Of a stretch of DNA of 43,355 nucleotides, positions 1-11,608 are shown piece after piece (positions within the stretch are counted from its first letter, which is position 1; every line of letters starts with the position of its first letter). The position numbers and the translations under genes were made by a program. Source of the stretch: Octopus sinensis (Eukaryota); NCBI RefSeq assembly GCF_006345805.1, contig NW_021834930.1:1-43355 (forward strand), in the 5' to 3' direction. Under the pieces are notes generated by a model. That model saw only the letters and a program-made list of their open reading frames with translations. It searched no databases and was not told the origin of the DNA.

Positions 1-170
1 CATCATCATTATTATTATTATTATCATCATCATCATCATTTTATTATTTTTATTATTATATATTATTATTATTGTTATTATATTATTAATTATATTATTA
101 TTATTATTATATTATTATTATTCTTATTATTATTATTATTTTTATTATTATTATTATTATTATTATTTTT
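1..170. repeat. (ATT)n/(CAT)n microsatellite
   Basis: Direct reading. Confidence 0.95.
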
Positions 171-270
171 CCTTTTCATTATTCCTGGCACCCAGCCACA
201 CCTTATCCTATTTTCTCACATCCTTTACATTCATATGTAAAGGAAATATATGGCTAAACACACGCATATG

Positions 271-321
<51 letters not shown>

Positions 322-460
322 GTATATACTAGTGTGTATGTATGTCCATGTACATGAACAAATATTTGTTCATGAATATAGACATATTTGTATGTATGTA
401 TCAATATATGTGTGTATGTGTATGTAACTTCCGTTTTTTTAATATTAATAATGGGTTTTA

Positions 461-961
461 AGGCAGCGAGCTAGCAGAAACGTTAGCACACCGGTTAAAA
501 TACTTAGCGGTATTTCATCTGTCTTTACGTTCTGAGTTCAAATTCCACCGAGGTCGACTTTGCCTTTCATCCTTTCGGGGTCGATAAATTAAGTACCAGT
601 TATGCACTGGGGTCGATGTAATCGACTTAATACCTATGTCTGTCCTTGTTTGTCCCCTCTATGTTTAGCCCCTTGTGGGTAATAAAGAAATAGGTATTTC
701 ATCTGTCTTTATGTTCTGAGTTCAAATTCCACCGAGGTCGACTTTGCCTTTCATCTTTTTGGGGTCGATAAATTAAGTACCAGTTACACACTGGGGTCGA
801 TGTAATCGACTTAATACCTATGTCTGTCCTTGTTTGTCCCCTCTATGTTTAGCCCCTTGTGGGTAATAAAGAAATAGGTATTTCATCTGTCTTTATGTTC
901 TGAGTTCAAATTCCACCGAGGTCGACTTGCCTTTCATCTTTTTGGGTCGATAAATTAAGTA
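461..961 (+). mobile_element. tRNA-derived SINE family B, with body+tail tandemly repeated at 184 bp period (~2.45 copies)
   Basis: B-box GAGTTCAAATTCC; core GTCGACTTTGCCTTTCATCCTTTCGGGGTCGATAAA (resembles Meta-type SINE core); TATTTCATCT recurs at 511, 695, 879; many other copies in window. Confidence 0.85.
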
Positions 962-971
962 CACTCTCCAG

Positions 972-1026
972 CTATTCTATGCTATTGTGCTTCAAGCAAG
1001 AGAAACTATAAATGAGAATCCTGAAG
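972..1026 (+). CDS. Candidate small exon (LFYAIVLQARETINENPE), host gene unknown
   Basis: ctctccag| acceptor, GAAG|gtatct donor, only phase 0 open; no homology recognised. Confidence 0.2.
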
Positions 1027-1076
1027 GTATCTTTTTAGTATTCTTAAAGACATAGATTAACAACAGAAACAGTATT

Positions 1077-1591
1077 AATACTAAGAGGTACTATTTATCA
1101 CCACTTAAACGTGAGTGTACTGTTAGAACAGTCTATACTGCGGTAGATACCACGAGAGAACCTCTCATATAGGTTTTTTGATGCAAAATGCACTTGTATT
1201 TATATTCTTTTCTTTTCTACTCTAGGCACAAGGCCTGAAAATTTTGGGGGAAGGGACCAGTCTATTAGATCGGCCCCAGTATACAACTAGTATTTAATTT
1301 ATTGATCTCGAAAGGATGAGAGGCAAAGTCGACTTCGGTGGAATTTGAACTCAGAATGTGAAGACAGATGAAATACCGCGAAGCATTTCACCCAGTGCAC
1401 TAATGTTTCTGCCTGCTCGTCACCTTGCACTCTTATTTATATTGCTATCTCTCTGCTAGGGATATATACAAGAGTGCATTTTTTCCCATAAAGCCAATAT
1501 GAGAGGTTCTCTCAGGGTAACTATAACAGTATACTTTGTTCTAACAGAACATCCACATTTAAGTGGTGATAAATACTACCTTTTTAGTATT
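1077..1591. mobile_element. Fold-back/MITE-like element with ~125 bp imperfect inverted arms, interrupted by a SINE
   Basis: 1077-1200 is the imperfect reverse complement of ~1467-1591 (e.g. TATTTATCACCACTTAAA / TTTAAGTGGTGATAAATA; GAGAGAACCTCTCATAT / ATATGAGAGGTTCTCTC). Confidence 0.75.
1208..1427 (-). mobile_element. SINE family B inserted with probable ~18 bp TSD
   Basis: Reverse complement of family B; flanked by TGCACTTGTATTTATATT / TGCACTCTTATTTATATT. Confidence 0.8.
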
Positions 1592-1595
1592 GTTT

Positions 1596-1760
1596 GCACA
1601 GGAGTGGCTGTGTGGTAAGTAGCTTGCTTACCAACCACATGGTACCAGGTTCATTCCAACTGCGTGGCACCTTGGGCAAGTATCTTCTACTATAGCCTCG
1701 AACCAACCAAAGCCTTGTGAGTGGATTTAGTAGATGGAAACTGAAAAGAAGCCCGTCGTA
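1596..1760 (+). mobile_element. tRNA-derived CORE-like SINE family A (5' half)
   Basis: A-box TGGCTGTGTGG, CORE-like ACCTTGGGCAAGT; more than a dozen copies in window. Confidence 0.85.
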
Positions 1761-1777
1761 TATATGTTTGTGGTATA

Positions 1778-1845
<68 letters not shown>

Positions 1846-1926
1846 TGGGGAAAAAAAAGTCACGATAGGACTTTTAAGGATTTAAGGATTTATAGAAAAT
1901 GCTAAAATAATTTTATAAAAACATTT

Positions 1927-1962
1927 CAGTACCGGTTTCAGTCATTGAGACTTTTTCAACTT
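1927..1962 (-). ncRNA. Minimal type-I hammerhead-like motif, U3-A8 core variant, within a ~140 bp element (1843-1980) following (TA)n
   Basis: Minus strand AAG-UUGAAAA-AGUC[UCAAU]GACU-GAAA-CCGG-UA-CUG: 4-bp stem II, palindromic ACCGGU stem III, GUA triplet; stem I only 2 bp. Confidence 0.6.
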
Positions 1963-2217
1963 TAACAATTAAGTAATTAAACAAAGTTGATGGGACAGGG
2001 TAAATTCATTGCCTCAACCTTAGTATTTTACTGGTACATTATTTTATAGCTCATAGTGATATGTGTTTTGGTAATTAATTTGACTGTTATGTCTAGCAGG
2101 TTTAGCAATTACATAGAAGCTTTCTTGTTAACCCAACAAAAACCAGTTTGAACTAGATTGCTGCAAAGTCGGCCGTTAATATTCTCTTTGCTCTGCCCTT
2201 CAAACACCCTTCCTATC

Positions 2218-2690
2218 GAAAGAAGAAAGAAAGAAAGAAGGAAAGAAGGAAGGAAAGAAAGAAAGAAGGAAAGAAAGAAAGAAGCAAACAGAGAGAGAGC
2301 GAAAGAAATAAAGAAAGAAAGAGAGAAAGAGAAAAAGAAAGAAAGAAAAAAGAAAAGAGAAAAAGAAGGAAAGAAAGAAAGAAAGAAAGAAAGAAAGAGA
2401 AAGAAAGAATGAAACAAGCAAACAGAGAGAGAGAGAGAGCAAAAGAAAGGAAGAAAGAGAGAGAGAGAGAGCAAAAGAAAGAAAGAGAGAGAGAAAGAGA
2501 GAAAGAAAGAAAGAAAGAGAGAAAGATTGAAAGAAAGAAAGAGAGAAAGATAGAAAGAAAGAAAGAAAGAAAGAATGAGAGAAAGAAAAAAAGAGAATGA
2601 GAAAGAAAGAGTGAAACAACAAACAGAGAGAGAGAGAGAGAGAGCAAGAGAGAGAGAAAGAAAGAAAGAAAAGAAAAGAAAAGAAATACA
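2218..2690. repeat. (GAAA)n/(GA)n polypurine tract
   Basis: Direct reading; source of spurious F/L/S and K/E/R ORFs. Confidence 0.95.
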
Positions 2691-3078
2691 GCAAAGCAAT
2701 GTGACCAGAAGTTTTTGTTTTGCTTTTAATTCCACTAACGAAGAAAACCTTTCTTATTATATTCCTCTAATTAACAAAAGATGTTAATTAATCATTGTCT
2801 TCGAATTTCAATTGTGATTATACCAATGACCTGTTGTTGAAACATAAAACCACTTGGCCTATTTTAGCACCACATCAAAGACAAAACCCATTTGTCCCGC
2901 TTGTTTGGTTGCCTCATATTTTCTTCAATTCAAATATGTGGTTGGGACACTGGATATTTTTACACAAACCTTTCTCAGTTAACTCATTCTTCTTTTTTTT
3001 CTTCTTTCCTTTTTACTTTGTCACGTTTGGTGAGTTTCCGGTTTCGTTTCATCATCATTATCAACAGCACTGGCATCA

Positions 3079-3116
<38 letters not shown>

Positions 3117-3645
3117 TTTAACTTCCGCTTCTCCATGTTCCCATGGATCGGACTGAATTCATTGAGACAGATTTTTTTTTTCTATAGCCAGATGCCCTTT
3201 CTGTCACCAAGTAAGGTGATTTTCCCCCCCATGGTCAGATGTGTTTTTATGGTCAGATGTGTGGAAATAAATGATACTGCTTGTATGTTGGTGGTGCTTG
3301 TTTACAACTACCATACAACGACAAGACGAGGACACACACACATATGATGGGTTTCTTTTGGTTTCCCTTCAAATCAATTCACAAGGCTTTAGTCAACCTG
3401 GTTCTATAGTAAGAGATACTTGGCCAAAATGACATGCAGTGTGATAGAACCTGAGATCACATAGTTGGGAAGGAAGCTTCCTAGCCACACATCCATGCCT
3501 GATATATATATTATATATTATATATATATATATATTATATATATATATATAAATCTACTACTAATATAGGATGAAGTTTTTTACAGAAAAAATTTCATCA
3601 AAAAGTGGCAGCATATTAAAATACCTTTAAAGGTTAAAATAAGTT

Positions 3646-3683
<38 letters not shown>

Positions 3684-3772
3684 TATATTAATATTAGGGA
3701 TATAACTCCAAACTTACAGGGAAAAATTCAATTTAGTATTAAATCAAATTTCACAATATAAATATATAATAT

Positions 3773-4000
3773 ATATAAATTAAAGAAAAACTACTATTAT
3801 GTAATTCAAACAATGATAGACATAAATCATACCATATAGAAAAAATAAAATATATGATAAAACAAAAATTACAAAACAATAAATAAACAGTATATAATTA
3901 GTAAATAACTACGTATATTTCGTGGTTATATTTTTTCTATATGGTATGATGTACGTCTGTCATTCTTTGAATTACATAATGGTTTTTCTCTGATTTATAT
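3773..4000. repeat. AT-rich imperfect inverted repeat between (TA)n tracts
   Basis: ATTATGTAATTCAAA..ATCATACCATATAGAAAAAATA vs TATTTTTTCTATATGGTATGAT..TTTGAATTACATAAT. Confidence 0.7.
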
Positions 4001-4016
4001 ATATTATATATGTATA

Positions 4017-4235
4017 TCAGGAGAATTTACAAAAAAACAAAAGACGAAGACAGGTGGTGTAGACAACAAACAGATGTATTAGTTTAACGCTTGGGAATTG
4101 AAAAAGTCTTTAACGTTTCGAGCCTATGCTCTTCCACAGAAAGGAACACAGAGAGAAACAAGGAGAGAAAATAAAGAATGTGTAGTGGCTAGCGATCTAT
4201 CATGGCGAATGTTGAACCGAGGGGGTCACACAGGA
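4017..4235 (-). mobile_element. Penelope pLTR-like short element carrying an HHR-like motif (same family as 43112-43297)
   Basis: Clear similarity to 43112-43297; motif at 4108-4143. Confidence 0.6.
4108..4143 (-). ncRNA. Minimal type-I hammerhead-like motif, A6U variant
   Basis: CUUU-CUGUGGA-A-GAGC[AUAG]GCUC-GAAA-CGUU-AAAG: stems I and II intact, palindromic AACGUU. Confidence 0.55.
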
Positions 4236-4689
4236 TATGTATATAGTAAATCCAACTCCATTCACAGTTTGACTGGGATGGAAACTGGCATCTCTTGAGA
4301 CGACCCCACTGAATTGGAATGGTTCTCTCAGACCATCTTCCTCACCATTCTACTGAGTACCACACTTACCATTTTGACTGTCTGAGCTACAAAGTATTTG
4401 CATGACTTACAGTAATATATTTCTGAATAAACAATTAATTAAATATATAAAATCATTATTTGTAACGAGTAGAATTAAGAATAAATATGCAAATATTTGC
4501 AATTAATTAAATATAAATTTCTTTATTAATATTCTATTTCTACAACATCTATTCTATATTCAACACCTATTAATTGGACAACAGGTAAGATTACTTCTGA
4601 GAATCCATTTTTGAATAATTCTAAGCAAAGATGATGATTTTCAGTGGTTTTCTTATAACTGTATGTGTTGGAATACATTGTATGTGTCT

Positions 4690-5040
4690 GGGAGGGAGGA
4701 AGAATGGGAGAGGGAGATGAAAAGAGGGAGAGAGAGAGGAAGAGAAGGGTGAGAGAGGAAGAGGGGGAAAGAGAGAGGAAGAAAGAGGGAGAGATGAAAG
4801 GAGGAGAAAAGGGGGTGGAGAGAGGAAGAGAGGGTGTGGAGAGAAGAGAGGAGGAGAGAGGGGATGGAGAGAGGAAAATAGGGGGTGGAGAGAAGAGACG
4901 GGGAGAGAGAAGAAAAGAGAGGAAGAGAGGGGAAGAGGAAAAGAAAAGAGGGGAGAGAGATGAAGAGAGAAGAAGAGAAGGTGAGAGAGAGAGGGAGGAG
5001 AGAAAGGGTGGAGAGATGGCCAGCAGTGGAAGAGAAAAGA
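4690..5040. repeat. G/A-rich low-complexity tract
   Basis: Direct reading. Confidence 0.9.
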
Positions 5041-5579
5041 TTGGTTTATTGGAGTGAATAGGTAATAAAATAATGAATTTATGGACAAAATAGAAGATAA
5101 AACTGGTTTCTAAAACTGGGGAAATGGGTAGGTTGTTGGTGGTGGTGGTGGTGATGGGGGGGAATTAGGTAGTCCTGTTTCAATCTATATGGACATGACA
5201 AAATAGTTGTTACTAATAAAAGATGATGATGATGATGATGACGATGATGACAATGATATGACAATGATAAAATTATAAAAACAGATATTGAAATCATGGT
5301 GCTTACAATAGATTTGTGATGATGGTAATCACAATGGTGATAAAGATTATTATTATTATTACTGTTATTATTATTCGTTTTTATTATTACTGCTGTTATT
5401 GTTATTGTTGTTGTCGTTCTTATTTTTGTTACATTGTTTTTATTGTTATCAAAGGTTTACACGAATGTTTTTTCTTTAATGCAAAAACCTTTTGTATATC
5501 ATCTTGTGCTGTCCTTTAATGTTTTGATTTATATTAGCCCTTGTGGCCAATAAAAGACTTAATTATTATTATTATTATA

Positions 5580-5611
<32 letters not shown>

Positions 5612-5869
5612 TACTATTATTATCATTATCATTGAGTGAGAGAGCAGTGCATGCCATCAAAGTGACACTGAGGTAAAATATACGAAGCCCAGTATACCCA
5701 TCATGACTACCAGTCTGATAAGGGTACACTGATAAGGGCACATGCATCACAACCATTTGCACGACATGGTGATCTCATATCAAGATAAACAGCGCATGAC
5801 CTTGCAGGTGGGGCCCAGTTAGAATTTTCTTCTGGTCGAGTAGCCCATCCTGCTCAAAAGGTCCCTGAA

Positions 5870-6165
5870 TAAGTACTTATTCTATCGGTCTCTTTTGCCA
5901 AACTGCTAAGTTACGGGGACGTAAACACACTAACATTGGTTGTCAAGCGATGTTGGAGGGACAAACACAGACATACAAACATATATATATATACATATAT
6001 ACGACAGGCTTCTTTCAGTTTCCGTCTACCAAATCCTCTCACAAGGCTTTGGTCGGCCCGAGGCTATAGTAGAAGACATTTGCCCAAGGTGCCACGCAGT
6101 GGGACTGAACCCATAACCATGTGCTTCGTAAGCAAGCTACTTACCACAGAGCCACTCCTGTGCCT
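5870..6165 (-). mobile_element. SINE family A
   Basis: Reverse complement of family A consensus. Confidence 0.85.
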
Positions 6166-6179
6166 ATCACTATCATTGA

Positions 6180-6810
6180 GGACTCTCCATGACAAAATGC
6201 AGATCCTCAATGTGGTAAGGGTAGCATCACAAGTGTTGGCCCTTCAAGTTCAGGGCCAGAAAATACTCCATCTCACAACAATTATTGACTCTTTACAAAC
6301 CTCATTTGAAACCCACGATACATCACTGCCCCCACATTTGGGTCAGCAATATTTCTACACGCAGACATCCAAGACCACATCCAAAGAAGGGCCACTTGAT
6401 TGATTGGTCTAAAATCACTCACAGATACACACCAGCCTTCCACCCACGTATATGCTGTCTCTTCTTTCTTTCTACCTTTTGCATCATTATTAAAACAGCC
6501 TCTGCTTCTAAGAACTGACATGTCTCATGCCACTTCCATTCAGTCCCTTCACACTGGCTCATTTCCTCTCCTCCCATCACTCTTGTTGTGACCAAAACCC
6601 CATCAGACTTCACACTGACCATACACTCGGACTTTCCTTTCCAGAACGTCATCTCCCTGGTGTCTCCTCCCAGTTCATGTCTTTCCCGCAGGCATCTGCT
6701 TGCAGCAGCTGTGTAAGCAGAATGTTAATGACATCAAACTCAGAGAACTTGCAAGGACCTTAGGTACTGCCCCTCTCTACAGACCTAAAAAAGAAGGGAA
6801 GAAAAAAAAA
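6180..6810 (+). mobile_element. Decayed 3' end of a CR1-group LINE (ORF2 C-terminus, 3'UTR, A-rich tail)
   Basis: Frameshifted peptides ARKYSISQQLLTLYKPHLKPTIHHCPHIW, DHIQRRAT*LIGLKSLTDTHQP, VFPAGICLQQLCKQNVNDIKL match the post-RT region of CR1-group LINEs; A-rich tail 6787-6810. Confidence 0.75.
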
Positions 6811-6838
6811 TGACATGAAATATCTGAGGAAGCATATA

Positions 6839-7295
6839 ATGATTATGATGATGACAATGACGATGATGATGATAATTATAATAGCAATGATGATGATGAT
6901 GACCTATAATCCTTTCTACAATAGGCACAAAGCTTGAAATTTGATGGAGGGTGACTAGTTGATCACATCGACTCCAGTGTGTAACTGATACTTGATTTAT
7001 CGACCCCAAAAAGATGAAGGGCAAAACTGACCTCAGTGGAATTTGAACTCAGAACGTAAAGCCAGCAGAAACGGTGTTAAGCATTTTGTCCAGCACAGTA
7101 ACGATTTTGCCAATATGCCACCCTAATGATGATTTATGATAGCAGTGATGATGATGATGACGATGATGATGACGATGACGACGATGATGATATCAATTTA
7201 TAAAAGCAGTGATAATGACAATGACGGCAAAAGATTTAATAGAAATGATAATGAACATGACTATTGTAAAAGCAATGATAATGATAATGATGATG
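6839..7295. repeat. Left arm (donor) of a ~460 bp inverted duplication; contains a family B SINE (-) and flanking (ATG)n
   Basis: Near-identical reverse complement at 8317-8785, including non-SINE flanks. Confidence 0.95.
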
Positions 7296-7830
7296 AAGGG
7301 GGGAGGAGGAGGAGGAGGAGGGAAAACTTTTATAATAGAATGATAATGACTATAATAAAGGCAACGATAATGATAATAATAAAACTAGTTAAAATAGAAA
7401 TGATTATGATGATGATAATGGTGATGATGATGGTGATGATGATAACAATGATGATGATGATAATGATGATGATGGTGATGATGAAACTAGTTAAAATAGA
7501 AATGATGATGATGATGATGGTGATGATGATAACAATGATGATGATGATGATGATAATGATGATGATGGTGATGATGATGATGGTGATGATGATGGTGATG
7601 ATGATGATGATGAAACTAGTTAAAATAGAAATGATGATGGTGATGATGATGATGGTGATGATGATGATACTAGTTATGTATAATAGCAATGATAATGAAG
7701 ATAATAACTGCTACGAAAATAGTGATGTTGATGAAGATTTAAGTATCAGAACTATCCACAATAGGTGGTGGTGGTGGTGGTGGTGGTGCTGATGACAATG
7801 ATGCTGCTGCTGCTGACGATGATGATGATT
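7130..7830. repeat. (ATG)n-type microsatellite with embedded recurring AAACTAGTTAAAATAGAAATGAT (3 copies)
   Basis: Direct reading; source of the poly-Met ORF. Confidence 0.9.
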
Positions 7831-8049
7831 AGACAACTTTGGTTTAATCCCCAAATATTTAAAACCATGTACAATCTTAGAAGCTTTCACTAATTACCAA
7901 TACATTCCAAAGAGGTATATATCTCATTACAAAAGAATTAAGGAAAAGAAAAAAATGTTATCAATTAGTTATTATTTTTACTAACATCATCATCATTGGT
8001 ATGGAGGTCTGTCTTAAGTCTACAGAATCAATAATCCGCAGATTATCTC

Positions 8050-9128
8050 AGTATCATGACAATATAAGCTACTGGTGACATTGGTGCATGACATTATTTT
8101 CTGACTTCTCATACAGCTATCTATTTAAAGCTGTATATGGATAAGGTGTGGTCACAGTTGGAATTTGAATCACCAGTCTGGAACCCCTATCTTGCTCAGG
8201 ACATTGACCTCCTGGAAACTGTTCAGAGAAGTGCAGCCAAATGAATGCCCTCCATCAGGCATTTACCATACTGGGAATGCCTTGTTTCCCTAGGTATAGA
8301 ATCATTGAAGCTCTGACATCATCATTATCATTATCATTGCTTTTACAATAGTCATGTTCATTATCATTTCTATTAAATCTTTTGCCGTCATTGTCATTAT
8401 CACTGCTTTTATAAATTGCTATCATTATCGTCGTCGTCATCATCATCGTCATCATCATCGTCATCATCATCATCACTGCTATCATAAATCATCATTAGGG
8501 TGGCATATTGGCAAAATCATTACTGTGCCGGACAAAATACTTAACACCGTTTCTGCTGGCTTTATGTTCTGAGTTCAAATTCCACTGAGGTCAGTTTTGC
8601 TTTTCATCCTTTTGGGGTCGATAAATCAAGTATCAGTTACACACTGGGGTCGATGTGATCAACTAGTTCCCCTCCATCAAATTTCAAGCTTTGTGCCTAT
8701 TGTAGAAAGGATTATAGGTCATCATCATCATCATCATTGCTATTATAATTATCATCATCGTCGTCATTGTCATCATCATAATCATGTCTAACATCCATGG
8801 ACATGTTTACAAAGTCAGAAAACAGCACAGCTCCCATGACTTTCAGAAACATTTTTCACACTTAGAGTTGCTGAATCATGGGACAAACTAAACTACCTGC
8901 ATCAGTTGTTAGTTGCTAAGACATTGCATCCTTTAAAACCTCCATGCTTCCTACAATTTGCCAACACTACGCCTGATATCCCTCCCTCCCATGCACACAT
9001 GTATATTATGACTCATGCACTGTTCACTTTCCTGACTTTTATATATAATTCGATGTACTGTACATGCACCTATGATGAGTTGTGGTGCACCTGAGCACTA
9101 TGCACAATAATTTCATTGTTATTATTAT
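8050..9128 (+). mobile_element. Decayed CR1 LINE 3' end, split by the insertion at 8317-8785
   Basis: 8116-8316 AIYLKLYMDKVWSQLEFESPVWNPYLAQDIDLLETVQRSAAK*MPSIRHLPYWECLVSLGIESLKL; after 8786 HGHVYKVRKQHSSHDF..FFTLRVAESWDKL..LPASVV..DIASFK; (ATT)n tail. Confidence 0.8.
8317..8785. repeat. Right arm (derived copy) of the inverted duplication of 6839-7295
   Basis: Reverse-complement identity; interrupts the CR1 frame. Confidence 0.95.
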
Positions 9129-9459
9129 ATACTCTGACGAATGATCCAACCTTTGCCAGCAAGGAAACCAGACATTAAATAATGATGATGATGATAATGA
9201 TGATGATGATGATGATGATGATGTTGATAGTACAAGATACCCTGCGAGGTTAACCCTCAGATAGTGCTGGTACTCAATTTAGTTGAGCTGATTGGAATAA
9301 CATAAAATGAAATGTGTTCTCAAGGTCACAACATGCCATCATCATCATCATCATCATCATCATCCTCACGATCATCATCATCATCATCATCATTATCATC
9401 ACCACCACCAATGCTGCTCTTGCTACTGTCACCACCGTCACCATGATCACCACCACCAC

Positions 9460-10152
9460 CATTTTATCATCCATTTTCCTTGCTGGCATGGATTGAATGC
9501 CTTGACAGGAACTGACAAAGCCGGAGGCTGCACCAGGTTCCACAATCTGTTTTTGGCATGGTTTCTATGGCTAGATGTCCTTCCTAACAATATATATATA
9601 TATTTATATACACACATGGTCTGATCAACAAGTATCCGAACTGTGCTTTTACATGCCACCGGCACAAGGGCCAATCAGGCGGTACTGGCAATGACCACGC
9701 TCAAATGGTGTTTTTTATGTGCCACCTGCACAGGAGCCAGTCCAGTGGCACTGGCAGTGACCTCACTCAAATGTTCTTTCATGTGGCACCAGCACAAGTG
9801 CCAATAAGGCGATGCTAGTAATGATCACGCTCGAATGGTGCTTTTTATGTGCCACCGGCATGGAAGCTAGTCAGTTGCTCTGGCAATGATCATGCTCGGA
9901 TGGTGCTCTTAGCGCTCCACTAGCATGGATGCCAGTCATCGAATTTGATTTCAATTTCGATTTCACTTGCCTCAACAGGTTTAGTGTCCAATGAAGGAAA
10001 GGTATACATAAGTGGGCTGGTTACACCCCTGGCATAGGCCATGATGTCATGGTCTCACTTGGCTTGCCGGGTCTTCTCAAGCACAGCATATTTCCAAAGG
10101 TCTCAGCCACTAGTCATTGCCTTGGTGAGGTCTAATGTTCAAAGGTCATGCT
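9460..10152 (-). mobile_element. 5'-truncated RTE-clade LINE: ORF end plus 3'UTR with ~63 bp tandem units
   Basis: Minus 10152-10055 KHDL*TLDLTKAMTSG*DLWKYAVLEKTRQAK* (RTE-type C-terminus); UTR matches family C fragments; (ATG)n-like tail. Confidence 0.7.
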
Positions 10153-10504
10153 TTATTTCTAGCTATGGACCCCTTTAATTACTATTTTACTCAGGTGGAC
10201 CCCATAGCCATACGATGTTTAAAACTAGTTTTAAACTAGTTTTGTAAAAACTTCTTCCAAAATCCCTATTTTCTTTTTTGCACATTCACTTCTTTAGACT
10301 GAACTACGTAAAATGTCAGAAAGTAAAACCTACCCATTTCTTGCAATACATACTTCTAAATCAAAAATTTTTTAGGGGTCTTTAAAATACTATTGTGGAT
10401 CTCTATTTACTATTTTGTTACATGGACCCCCCAAAATCTTATATAGACTCTGGTTAAGGACCTCTGCTTTAGATGAACCATTTATAATAAATCTTATTAG
10501 AAGT

Positions 10505-10677
10505 GGCATAGGAGTGGCTGTGTGGTAAGTAGCTTGCTAACGAACCACATGGTTCTGGGTTCAGTCCCACTGCATGGCACCTTGGGCAAATATCTTCTAC
10601 TATAGCCTCGGTCCGACCAAAGCCTTGTGAGTGGATTTGGTAGACGGAAACTGAAAAGAAGCCTGTCATACATACAT

Positions 10678-10767
<90 letters not shown>

Positions 10768-10990
10768 CTATATGTTTGTATGTCTTTGCTTGTCCTCTCC
10801 CACCAAATTGCTTGACAACCGATGCTGGTGTGCTTATGTGCCCGTAACATAGCGGTCCGGTAAAAGAGACCGATAGAATAAGTACTAGGCTTACGAAGAA
10901 TAAGTCCTGGGGTCGATTTGCTCCACTAAAGGTGGTGCTGCAGCATGGCCACAGTCAAATGACCGAAACAAGTAAAAGAGTAAAAGAGAG
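10505..10990 (+). mobile_element. Full-length SINE family A with internal (TA)/(TG) tract and GTAAAAGA tail
   Basis: Matches other copies end to end. Confidence 0.9.
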
Positions 10991-11142
10991 TATATATCTT
11001 ATATTTTTTTTATATATATCTTATAATCTTATATATATATATATATGTTATAATCTTATATATATATCTTATAATAAATCTTTTATATAAATAAAACATC
11101 AAAGTGTAGCTTTTTATATCTGTTTTCTTTCTCACTTCACAG

Positions 11143-11235
11143 CTGACAGCGAGTTACACTCTTACCCCCAGTCTCTCGGTGATCACAACTCCTTCGACTT
11201 TGATGCACATCAAAATCATGATTTGGAAAATTCAG
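11143..11235 (+). CDS. Candidate 93-nt symmetric exon (phase 1: ADSELHSYPQSLGDHNSFDFDAHQNHDLENS; phase 0 also open)
   Basis: Strong polypyrimidine acceptor tttctttctcacttcacag| and consensus CAG|gtaagt donor; unique sequence; length is a multiple of 3. Confidence 0.55.
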
Positions 11236-11419
11236 GTAAGTCAAGTTTTATTATAAGCTCCAGAAAGAAAAGAAAAAAAAACCTCCAGCATGGCCACAGT
11301 CAAATGACTGAAACAAGTAAAAGAATAAAAACAGCAAAGAAAGTAACACAGATGTTATCTGGAAAATTAAGCAATTATCATTTCTTCCTGATATAGATTT
11401 AATATGTTCTTAAAATATG

Positions 11420-11577
11420 CAAGGAGTGGCTGTGTGGTAAGTAGCTTGCTTCCCAACCACATGGTTCCAGGTTCAGTCCCACTGTGTGGCACCTTGGGCA
11501 AGTGTCTTCTACTATAGCCTCAGGCTGACCAAAGCCTTGTGAGTGGAATTGGTAGACAGAAACTGAACGAAGTTTGG

Positions 11578-11608
<31 letters not shown>

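Noticed and set aside
2109-2735. 208-aa hydrophobic ORF and overlapping K/E/R-rich ORFs
   Set aside because: Translation of the (GAAA)n tract
4546-4584. 39-nt exon (ASILYSTPINWTT) before CAG|gtaaga
   Set aside because: The would-be acceptor is AA, not AG; unsupported
6692-6763. Duplicated 'exon' GICLQQLCKQ.. suggesting mutually exclusive exons
   Set aside because: It is the C-terminus of a decayed CR1-group LINE ORF2; the duplication is explained by templated insertion
7136-7792. 218-aa poly-Met ORF (superficially reflectin-like Met richness)
   Set aside because: (ATG)n microsatellite; no reflectin M/FD(X5)MD motifs or Tyr/Arg/Trp content
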